NCBI RefSeq assembly: GCF_902713615.1
Contig: NC_052158.1
Coordinates: forward strand, 43,239,159-43,303,158
Length of the DNA stretch: 64,000 bases
Direction of reading: 5' to 3'
Source: Scyliorhinus canicula
Taxonomy: Eukaryota
Shown: positions 1 through 10,110 of the stretch, piece after piece
Position numbering within the stretch: position 1 is the stretch's first letter
Layout of the letters: each line of letters starts with the position of its first letter
Position numbers and translations under genes: made by a program
The notes under the pieces: generated by a model
Databases searched by the model: none
Told to the model about the DNA's origin: nothing
The model's input: the letters and a program-made list of their open reading frames with translations, nothing else

Positions 1-100
1 GATGGGACCGGGATGCAGGGGTGGGGGACATGCGTGGCTGGGGCGCGCGGTGACAACCGGGGCCACCATGTACCTGGTTAGGTATGGGCCATGATAACAT

Positions 101-141
101 GAGCTTTGACAAAGGGTCATCTGGACTCGAAACGTTAGCTC
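101..141 (+). ncRNA. Minimal type I hammerhead ribozyme motif, U3-A8 core variant
   Basis: Stem I GAGCT/AGCTC, core TTGACAA plus an extra A, stem II GGGTC-atctg-GACTC, GAAA, palindromic stem III ACGT, cleavage triplet GUU. Confidence 0.7.
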
Positions 142-200
142 TTTTTCTCCCTACAGATGCTGCCAGATCTGCTGAGATTTTCCAGCATTTCCTCTTTAGT
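101..200 (+). mobile_element. 100-bp Penelope-like pseudo-LTR fragment (family B) with 13-bp TSD
   Basis: Near-identical to PLE 3' region at 23635-23730; flanked by GCCATGATAACAT at 88-100 and 201-213. Confidence 0.85.
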
Positions 201-1047
201 GCCATGATAACATTCTCTGCTCTCACCCCCTTCAGAATATCATATGTGGTAACCAGCCAGTGATGTTGGCTGCCGTGGCGGGAGCAACTGCCTGGCATGC
301 AGCCCTGTGGCAGCATCAGTGCAGGCGGCTCAGAGATGAGGCAGAGGTTGCAGCAGAGGAGCAGGCTGCACGGGGGCGGACTATGGACACATGGCCATTC
401 AACGTGGCTCGCGTTGTATATGGGGCCTGAACGGGGACACACGGCTGAGGTCGCATATAGCACTGTTTTGTACAGTAGGGAGCTCTGCTCGCCGGAATTC
501 CCCAGTGTAGCGAGAGATCAGGAAACCATTATTAAATGGGATCCCAATCTCCAAGGCCTCCGAAATGATCCACGACCTCCTCCCCACCCCACCCAGCCGA
601 ACGCACTATTGGAGGATCCCCCCCGCCCCTCCCCACCCCCTCCCAACACCCACCTGGGCATCCTTAGCCTGATGGTACGTGTTGAATAATTGTCAGCATG
701 GCACCTTGGCAGCATCAACCTGGCACCTGGCAGTGCCACCTGAGCACCTTGGTAGTGCCAGGCTGGCCTAGGTGGCACTGCCAGGGTGCCAAGGTGTGGG
801 TGTTGGAGGGGTGCCGGGGGGTGGGGGGCTGGGGGAATTCTCCGATAGTGCGTTGGGCTGGGGGGAGGAGGTTGCGGTAGTGCGTTTTGGGGGCCTCCGA
901 GATCGGGGTGCCATTTAAAAATGACATCCTGATCTCGGTGTTCCGTCGAGTGGATCTCCAGAATGTTCAAAACAGGGCTGTGAGCGGCCTCGGCCATGTG
1001 TTCCCCATTCAGGTCTTTTGTACAATACGCATCGCATTGAAAACCAT

Positions 1048-1783
1048 GGCCGCGATTCTGCAACCAGGCGCCGGGTCAGAGAATCGTTGGGGTGGGGGGG
1101 GGGGGGGGGTGGCGTGGGGATCCGACCCCGGGGGGGCTCCCACGGTGGCCTGGCCCGCGATCGGGACCTACCGATCGGCGGGCGGGCTGGATCCATGAGG
1201 GCCTACTTTACTCCACGCCGGGCCCCTGTAGGGCTCCGCCATTTTGACCGGGGGGGCTGACACGGAGGAGGGAACCCCCGCGCATGTGCAGAAGTACGCC
1301 GGCCTTTCTGCGCATATGCGAAATCACGCCCACCGTTGTACGCCTGCGCGAACTCGTGCGGGCCGTTCAGCGCCGGCTGGAGCTGCGGGAATCACTCCGG
1401 TGTCAACCTAGCCCCCTAGAAAGGTGATGTACCATCGATTGTACGCGAGGCGAGTGATTTACCAAAGTCTGGCTTTAATTAACTAGAACACAGCTCTGCG
1501 ATCGTCTACAGTGGAAAGGGACGATCATCAGGCGTCTGAGCATTTATACCTCGTTAATAGAGGCGTGGTTAACTCAGCCTCTCGGCCAATCGGTCGAGAG
1601 GCACATGACCGACCAGGGCCAATGGTAAGCCGACGTTCTGGCCCAATGGCAGACGAGTATGCAGATCATATCACCACAAAAGGTGAGAATTCCTCACTTT
1701 TGGGGGCCGTTGACGCTGGACTGGTTGGTGTCGGTTTTCACGCCGGCGTGGGGACATAGCCCCATTATTAGAGAATCCCACCA
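1048..1783. mobile_element. Harbinger-type MITE (interrupted by a solo LTR)
   Basis: Imperfect TIRs GGCCGCGATTCT / AGAATCCCACCA; shares internal motifs with MITEs at 13368 and 49481. Confidence 0.65.
1428..1678 (-). mobile_element. Solo LTR-like element (251 bp)
   Basis: TG...CA ends; its TGTGGTGA end (minus strand) resembles the solo LTR at 30565-30868; flanked by AAAGGTGA at 1420-1427 and 1679-1686. Confidence 0.65.
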
Positions 1784-1832
1784 CTTGTGTTTCTCGGAAA
1801 CATGCGACTGAACAGGCTTGCCGAGGGACTTC

Positions 1833-2551
1833 GGGTGCGATTCTCCGCTGCCCACGACGGGTCGGAGAATAGCGGGAGGGCCTTCCCGACAATTTTCCCG
1901 CCCTCCCACTATTCTCCCCCCCCCCCCCCCCCCCCCCCCACGGCCGCCCCACGACACGAATCGCTGCTCGCCGTTTTTTACGGCGAACAGCGATTCTCCC
2001 CAGGCTGATGGGCCGAGTTCCCAGGCCTTTACGGCCGTTTTCACAAACGCAATCACACCTGCTCTCACCGTTCGTGAAAACGGCCGCAAAGTGCCGTCCC
2101 GGACAACCATGGCACCAATTGGCACGGTGGCATGGGCCTGCGATCGGTGGGCACCGGTCGCGGGCAGCGGGTCCGATACCCGCGCACTATTTATTCTTCC
2201 GCCGCCCCGCAGGATCAGTCCGCGGGGCGGCTGAGGGGCATGACGGCCCGCGCATGCGCATGTTTGACGCGTCTGCGTGATGACGTCATCCGCGCATGCG
2301 CGGGTTGGAGCCTTCCAACCCGCGCATGCGCAGCTGATGTCATCGTGCGCGTCAGCCGCCGTGACGCTTGGCGCGCAGACTTAGCGAAGGTCGCTAAGCC
2401 CGCGATGCAGTGCTTCACTGGGCCGCGCTGCTAGCCCCGCCCGGGGGGGGGAAGAATCTGGTCCTGGGAGGGGGGCGCGGAGGCTGCCGTGAAACACGGC
2501 CAGTTTCACGGCAGTCTTTACGACTCGCCGCATTTGCGGAGAATCGCGCCC
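1833..2551. mobile_element. Harbinger-type MITE
   Basis: TIRs GGGTGCGATTCTCC (1833-1846) / GGAGAATCGCGCCC (2538-2551), 13/14 complementary; internal CGCGCATGCGC palindromes. Confidence 0.75.
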
Positions 2552-2944
2552 TTTGTTCTTTTTTGGGAGAATTGCACCTGAGAATTTTTTCCGCTGAATT
2601 GCATCCATTAATTCTTCTCTCTCCAACGCTGCTGCCAAGCCTGCTAAGTTTTTCTTTCAGATTTTTAGCATTGGCAGTATTTTCCTTTTATTACGAACTT
2701 AAACTTCTCAGTTATGACATATGACTTCTTACATATGAACCTATTAACTTCTGAGAGATAAAACCATTTTTCCACTTACTGCCTCTGCCTCATGGTTTTC
2801 ACTTCCATGCAGCTGGTTTGAAACCCAACAGCTATTGAACTCTGACCTTAGTGAAAATTTTAAAACTTACCAAAGTCGGGCTCTTAATGAGCCCATAATG
2901 ATATGAATTAGCTCCAAAATGGAATGTTCAGGCCTTGTTTGTTG

Positions 2945-3289
2945 GGGCAGCAGGGTAGCATGGTGGTTAGCATAAATGCTTCACAGCTCCAGGGTCCCAG
3001 GTTCGATTCCCGGCTGGGTCACTGTCTGTGTGGAGTCTGCACGTCCTCCCCCTGTGTGCGTGGGTTTCCTCCGGGTGCTCCGGTTTCCTCCCACAGTCCA
3101 AAGATGTGTGGGTTAGGTGGATTGGCCATGCTAAATTGCCTGTAGTGTCCTAATAAAAGTAAGGTTAAGGGGGGGTTGTTGGGTTACGGTTATAGGGTGG
3201 ATATGTGGGTTTGAGTAGGGTGATCATGGCTCGGCACAACATTGAGGGCCGAAGGGCCTGTTCTGTGCTGTACTGTTCTATGTTCTATG
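2945..3289 (+). mobile_element. tRNA-derived V-type SINE (HE1-like)
   Basis: Pol III A box (TGGTGGTTAGC) and B box (GGTTCGATTCC), conserved central domain, CR1-derived tail GAGGGCCGAAGGGCCTG...(GTTCTAT)n. Confidence 0.92.
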
Positions 3290-3595
3290 TTTTCTCTCCC
3301 CAGATCTTGAGAAAAGGGTGGAAATGGAGGCAAGATACCTGGCTGAGCTGATCGGCAACCACTACTTTTATCAACCAACCTCCATTCCAGTCCGATTGGG
3401 GACAGCAATTTCTAACCTCTGTTTCTCTCTGTAATTCAGTTTCTCTCTCCATAAATGCATTGCTGTATTTTGCTTTTGTTTCCAAATTTTGGTTGTGAAA
3501 GTGTGGATTTGTTTAATAACATCTCTGCTCTGTTATGTTCATCTGGTATTCCATTGTAAGGCACTTATCCTTTTGTGTGTCTCTCTCTCTAACAG

Positions 3596-3741
3596 AAGCT
3601 GAAGTTCCTGAGGAAAAGTCTGGTCCCGGGACAGTGATCTGTGCTCTGGGAGTCACCCTGGGAATCATCAGTGCTGTTGTAGGGATCATCCTACTGATCA
3701 AAGAGAGACAGAGGCTGCAAGCTCAGCAACACGGCATCTAG
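3596..3741 (+). CDS. mhc2a: MHC class II alpha chain, connecting peptide/transmembrane/cytoplasmic exon (upstream exons lie outside the window)
   Basis: Pyrimidine tract plus AACAG acceptor at 3595, phase 1. Encodes (E)AEVPEEKSGPGTVICALGVTLGIISAVVGIILLIKERQRLQAQQHGI*, with the class II alpha CALG..LG......G TM pattern and a short basic tail. Donor GG/GTAGGT 2 nt after the stop, matching the class II alpha layout with a separate 3'UTR exon. Confidence 0.85.
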
Positions 3742-4762
3742 GGGTAGGTACAGGGAACAGAACTCATCTGTGTGTACTGTTAATGTTACTGAAAGTGAGT
3801 CTCAACCAGAGTCCCAACTCCTTAAATGGTCGTCGCTGAATCCCTGTAGCAATGTACACAGGTATGAACAAGATTGAGAACATATTTTATATGCTTATCA
3901 ACACTCACTGATACATGAAGAGTTAGTACTAGGATAAGGTACATGCTTAATGAGGTTCAATTGAAAGCCAAGACTCTCAAAAAAAAAGGGTTAACTTTTG
4001 CTTCCACAGCTCGAGAAAAGTGTGTACTTTGCTTGACTGACAGCTCTATGAGTCTATAATATTACTTTTTCCGATGAACTTTTTTCAATGGTTCAAATGT
4101 TAATTTGTACAGGATTAAGAAGTGTCATATGCTAATAGCTTGTTTTATTGTTACTTTAATGATCTGGTTGACACTTCTATAAAATTGTAGCACAAAAGCA
4201 GTTTTCTTTAAATGATGAATGGGTGCTTTTTAAATAGTTCCACACATGCCATTGTTACCATAGGGTTTGCTGGTTGTGTATGGAATGTTTATTGGGTGAC
4301 TGGGCATGAAAGAACCATGAGTTAGCACAGAGGGTATTACAGCCATTGGAGTGGCTGGAGAGCATGACTTGACATTGAGTTGGCATCGGGTCTCTATGAA
4401 GCCATGAAGATGGGTGGGGGAGGGGTTGAGTGGCATGGGATGGATAAATGGGCATAAAAGAGCCATAAGTTAGTATAAAGAGTATGAGGGCCATTGGAGT
4501 GGCTGAAGCGAATGATGACATTAAGTTGACATGGGGTCTATGTGAGGCCATGGAGGTGGATGGGGGGGGGGGGGGGGGGGTGGGGGGGGGCATGAGTTGA
4601 CATTGAGTTGGCATGGAGCCATGGGGGTGGATGTCATGATAAAGCACTGAATTGGTATGTGGATTTGGGGAAGGATGATGTGGCATTTGGGGAGAAGGCA
4701 TGAAGTCCTAAATGATATGAAACAATTGGGATGAAGTCTCAGAAAATGGAGGCGTACCTTAT

Positions 4763-5824
4763 TGTTAGGGCACCCTGTGCAAGTGCACGGTCAATTGGTC
4801 AATTCCAGCCCCACTTGTCCCGGAGTCACAACACAAGTGAATTAACCCAATAATTCCCATAAAAATACCAAAAGTCTTTTCCCTTTGACTGCCCAATAAT
4901 TACAGAAACATGTTTGTAGGTTGAAACACAATTACTGTTTATTTCTAACAAGAATAATAATGAAATATGCAGCGGATACAGTTGGTTAACTATTAACTAT
5001 TCTACCTCCCACTTTAACTTGCCCCCCCCCCCCACACACACACACACCAGATGAACAAACACAAGAGGGGTGGAAAAGCGGGGGGCTAAAGAGAAAAGAC
5101 TCTTTGCTTCAGATGACGGTTCTCAGCATGCTTTCTTCACAGTAAATTTGTAAATTACAGGCTTTGTTTTTCTACCTGTGTTCACAATTTACCTGGAGAA
5201 GCAGAGGCCCTGTTTCACCAAACTTTGCTTTCAGTTCGTGGCCTGTCTTCAGGCCTCTGTAGCTTCAGGAATCCAACACCCACAGGCTTATTGGAGAGAG
5301 TTAACTGGTTCTTTCTGGAGAGAATTAGCAACAGCTTTCTGGAGAGAGTTGACAGATTATGGACTTTGCCTGCACAGCCATTAATAGTTCTCCTGCAGAT
5401 AGACTCATTCAGGCTCCCTGCCAGTTCAGAAGCACAGCATTTCTAGTGAGAACTGGAGAGAAGAGAGATTGGGTCTTCTCTGTAAGCTGCCAGGAGTCAA
5501 ACTGAAACCAAAATGAAAATATGTGACTCTGGAAAAAAATTCCAGTGGGATCTGGTCCGATCACCACCTGTTACCTGGCAGAGCAACAGCCTTTTGGGTC
5601 AATTCATTGGTCACCAGCCAAATCAATCAAACTGAGCCCTAGTCAATCTCTGTCATTGGTACTGGAAAGTGCACATCTCCAGTTTAAACAGTGCAGGATT
5701 CTGCTTGAATCAAAGGCACAGGCCACTGCTTTCTTTTGCTTGAATAGACACATGTCCATTAATCATCCATGGATCAAAAATGTTAAGGTAATTATAAAAG
5801 GAAGGAGAAATAAGACAATTAACA
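4763..5824. mobile_element. LTR-like repeat (about 1.06 kb)
   Basis: TGTTA...TAACA inverted ends and internal ~24-bp repeats (5285-5352); no TSD seen. Confidence 0.4.
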
Positions 5825-5992
5825 GGAAGGACCCTTACATTCTAACCAACCCAACTCTGCACTTAGCCATCCCTGTGGCCACCTCTGATCTGCTCCTGGG
5901 CTCACTGGGCTTGACTTCAGCCTGTTGCCACGTTTGGGGTATCTACTTTATTCAGATATTGATCTGACAGTTATTAATGATGATATTGCTTT

Positions 5993-6190
5993 CAGAGTCG
6001 CCAGGTATCAAATTATACCACCACAAGGTTCAACCAAATATCGATCAAAGACCCAACAACCAGTTAGTTAGTTCAAGTTCAATAATAGTTTATTTACACA
6101 CAAGATTAACTTCGACATGCAGTATAAAACACGACAAGCTAAATTACACCTAGCACTACAACAACCTGTACTTAACTTCAGGCACCCGGT
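5993..6190 (-). mobile_element. Possible U5 end of an LTR with PBS-like TGGCGACTCTG
   Basis: On the minus strand: AATAAA, then a T/G-rich U5-like tract, then TGGCGACTCTG at 6003-5993. Confidence 0.35.
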
Positions 6191-6199
6191 TTGCTTTTG

Positions 6200-9130
6200 A
6201 AAACTCACCATTATTCTTAGAGTTCCCCCTATACCAAAAAGGGTCGATATTCTAAATGGTGAACAGGGATTCTCACTCCTTGACTCCGATGCAGGCTTCG
6301 GTGGGTGCTATTCAGGTCAAACTATATTTTCAAGTTATCCCCCGGTATAACCCATACCTTCACCGAAGATTTTATCTACTTACCACTTAGTAGCATCGAT
6401 GTCCTGGGTCCTGCATTGCTAAGTAAGTAACGTAGACTTTAGGAAACAAATCACTTTTCAGGTTGTTATTTTATTATTATGTTTGTTCTTTTAAAAGCTG
6501 CAAACACTTTCTTTACAGAAAGGTAAAAAGATCTTGCTTCTGGATCCTTCTGGTTGGTTGAAGGGACCTTCAGGCTCACCTTGACAATCAATCTTCTTTG
6601 AAGTCTGGTCTTCTTGAGATGTGTTCGCTGGTTAGCTCTGTTGCTGTGCCTTGTCGCTCCCATGTATTGAGCTACAAGAGCTGGCTCTGCTAGCTATCTC
6701 TCAGCTCACTCTGACTCCTGTTTAAATTCTAGTCTTCCTTAGATCAATAGCTGTTTAAGCTCAGCTGCTCGTCTTGTCTTTCCCATGACCGAGCTGTGAG
6801 AGCTGAATATGCTTCTCTCCTCTCTCCTCTCCTTCCCTTCTCTTCTGGTTCTGCTCCCTTGGTTTATATTCTCTTTCTTACAATTATTAAGTTTTTATGA
6901 CCTTATTGTAAATTAACTTATTTCACTTCGATTGTTAAAAAGTATCTTTGATCTAAACATTCTAATACAACTAATTATTCATTTTGGGCATGGCCTCACC
7001 TCTCAGATCTGATTACATTGTCCTTTGTGATGTTCAAAATTCCTTTGTGATATTCAAAAATGCTTTGGTTTCAAGAGGTGTTACTTTTCATTTCTGTCAT
7101 TTGAATAGTTTAATTTTCCAATTGTCCCCAGCTCATAACTTTGCCTTTGATATTGACTTTAAATTATAGACTGATAGTCTCCAATTTTCTTTAATTTACT
7201 TGATGTTAGTAGAATTTCACACTTAGAATTGTTAACAAATCAATTGAATCTCATCCTTTCCTTTCCAGCTGTTTACTAAGAGAGTTAATTTCAATGAAGG
7301 TGTGAAACATTTGCTTTTAGCTGTATGCTAAAATTTCACTTGGTTATGACTTGAAAGACCTGCCTGATTTAAACATTCGTCACTTAATTCAATTGAAACC
7401 TTCATCCATGCTTTTCCAGATGCTTCCTAAGATAGTTACATTCAATGAAGGTGTGAGCCATTGTTTTAACTTATTACAAGGATCCCGTGTGTTTGCTAAG
7501 CCTGCTTGTGAGAAAGAATCTGCATTTTATAATACTGCTGTTTGCAGCTGTTATTAACCCTTCATGGGATCTTTCCCTGTATCCTCTCAGGTTTCTCTCA
7601 GACCAGATATTGCCAGACTTCCATGTTTCAAATGACACATTTTTCTGTATTTTCAAGACAGGCTTTTGGCATAGGAACAAGGCCTTTGTTCGGATCTGGA
7701 GTGGCTGGGTCTGGAGAAGTAACTTTGTTTCTGCTGGGCTTGTCCGTCTGGCAGCGGTCGTTGATTTTGAACTTTTTTCTGGTCGTGGTGCTGCAATTGA
7801 TTTCAGGTATAGGCCGGGGCTAAGAGAGCCGGTGCCAAGAGAGATTGTATACATTGCAGTCTCTCTCCTTATCCTTTTTTGGGTTTTGTGGTCCTTAGCT
7901 TTGGACCTAATAATTTGCAGGCTTCGATTACTGCTTTCGATTTGAGCCAATAAAGGGGCGGGTTCCTTGATGGCTGGGCGTGTCCTCAGCGGTCATTGAC
8001 CTTGACTGTTTGGGCTTCCTGGGTGAATGGTGTGGCGCCGATGAGTCTGTATCTGATACCTGAGTACAAGTCTTTTGTCCTGGGGAAATGGGCCATTAGA
8101 ATGCAAATCGGCTGGGGGTTTCGATTGTGTCTGGTTGTCTAGTGGCAAATATACACTTAAGCTCGGAGTTCGTCTGGATCCTGCACTGACCATATTTTCC
8201 ATGTTTCTTTGCAAGTGGCCATATTTCCCATGTTTCTTTGCAAGTGGCCATATTTCCCTTTGTAAGTGGCCATGTTTCCCTGTGTAAGTGGCCATCCTAG
8301 ATGGCTACATCCCGTCCTCTTGATCCCAAACGCAGAGCGTGGTGGATCACACTATTGGTCCTTCATCCGTCTTTGGTGTGCCAGGTACCCTTGGTCAAGG
8401 ACAGGTTCTACACTACACTGTCCTATGTTTTTGGAGCATTTGCCTAAATTTTTTAATACATCACACATTCATAAATTCTAAGGGGGCACTATAGACATTT
8501 AATCATACATTTAACTTCTTCACACAGGGGAACCTCTAACTGTCATTACCTAAGCTACAGTCATGCTGCTAGCAAATAACAAAAGGAACTTATAATACAA
8601 TACAAAAATTTTAAACAACAGCAGCATCACATTTCTACTTAAGTCATAACAATCATTAAAAAGTTCAATTTTTATTTGTCAGTGAAACAGTTTAAAATGT
8701 TTGTGGGGTTTGGTGGATTCCAAGAAAAGGGGCTCGGAGTGTATAAATTGGGGAGAGGGAGGCTCTCCTTCGCCATTTGCAGAGTCTAAGTGAACGATAC
8801 TGCAGAGTATTGCTATTACCAAGAGGGCTTCTATTGTATATGAGAGGGAATACCATTTTACAATGTTTTCGCACCATGTGGGGGTATCAGTGTTTATTTT
8901 TATGTGAGGTGTGGTGTCCGGGCTAGGGGTATCGTGTTGTGTGCTTATGTTCGGGCCGGTGTGGTGTTGGGGGTAAATGCGTACAACGCGCGCAACTGTA
9001 GGAATCCAGCGATGATCATAATGGAGGTCATCAGTTCTGTCTTCATCTTCTTGTTCTTCATTCTTTGTATGTTCCTGGAGGTACAAGCATAATATCTGTT
9101 ATTACCCTTGGTTAATATCTCATTTGTCTG
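6200..9130 (-). mobile_element. Degraded repeat-derived interval, possibly a non-autonomous LTR-element interior
   Basis: Short minus-strand ORFs (7474-7950; 8679-9086) with no recognisable RT/IN motifs; assignment is weak. Confidence 0.3.
8190..8295. repeat. Short tandem repeat, unit about 21-29 bp (CATATTTCCC...GYAAGTGGC), about 4 copies
   Basis: Directly visible repetition of AAGTGGCCAT(A/G)TTTCCC. Confidence 0.85.
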
Positions 9131-9177
9131 TCTTTCTCTCCTTAACTTCAATTACCCATTAGAATTGTCACCAGGTA

Positions 9178-9500
9178 GGGCAGCACGGTGGCCTAGTGGT
9201 TAGCACAACTGCCTCACAGGGCTGAGGTCCCAGGTTCGATCCCGGTTCTGGGTCACTGTCCGTGTGAAGTTTGCACATTCTCCCCGTGCCTGCGTGGGTT
9301 TCACCCCCACAACCCAAAAAGAAAATGAGGGAGTCACACCTGGTGACAATTGTTTTTTTTTTTATTTAGATTTTAATGGCCCATTTCCCCAGGACAAAAG
9401 ACTTGTACTCAGGTATCAGATACAGAGTAGGTGGATTGGCCACGCTAAATTGCCCCTTAATTGGAAAAAATAATTGGGTAATCTAAATTTTTTAAAAAAG
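9178..9500 (+). mobile_element. tRNA-derived SINE (short A-tailed subtype) carrying a templated insertion
   Basis: A/B boxes; TSD AGAATTGTCAC(C/T)AGGT at 9161-9176 and 9499-9514. Confidence 0.9.
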
Positions 9501-10030
9501 AATTGTCACTAGGTGTGACTCCCTCACTTTCTTTTTTAAAATAACTATTTTAGAGATAAGACAACCGAAAAAAACATTCTGTTAAAGTGCAAAGAATCTC
9601 GCAGCTTGTGGCCGATGGGGCGGACAATTTGTCCATCCAGTGCTGAGGTAGTTTGCATGTAGCAGCAAATTCTGTTACAACCAAGTGTGTTGAACATGTA
9701 AATAGCAGTTGGAGTAGCGACCAAAAGAGTTGCTGAAAGTAGAGTTGAATGCAGAGATTGTGGCAAAAAGCATTCTTTAAACCACACGCAAAAAGAACAG
9801 ATAAGAGGAAACAATAGCTATATCCCATCTGTTCTTGCCAATTCACCTCTCAGCTTTGTAAAATTTTACTCCTGTACATTCACGACTTCCTGGTGATTGT
9901 AATTTTCTTGGGTTCCTCCCTTCCTTCAGAGTCCTCACCTCTGACGCCAGGCCTTCTGGTGAGGCCTGCTGTATCCTTTTGGTTAAATCATGTCCAATTT
10001 TGAATGGCCATGTGACACTCTCATTCTCTA

Positions 10031-10110
10031 CAATAATAATAATAATAAACTTTTTATTGTCATAAGTAGATTTACATTAACACCGCAATGAAGTTACTGT
10101 GAAAAGCCCC
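10031..10110 (-). mobile_element. SINE 3' tail fragment
   Basis: Reverse complement of GGGGCTTTTCACAGTAACTTCATT...GACAATAA tail, also seen at 11575-11680 and 17833-18012. Confidence 0.7.

Larger units (their letters stand above)
1..1047. mobile_element. Degraded Harbinger-like (non-autonomous) remnant, interrupted by a small PLE insertion
   Basis: GC-rich sequence similar in character to the 5' part of the Harbinger element at 12355-18400; no intact ORF. Family assignment is by resemblance only. Confidence 0.3.

Noticed and set aside
2945-3030. tRNA-like A/B box sequences (here and in about ten other places) as tRNA genes
   Set aside because: They are heads of SINEs with central domains and LINE-derived tails; no complete cloverleaf or anticodon arm is supportable.
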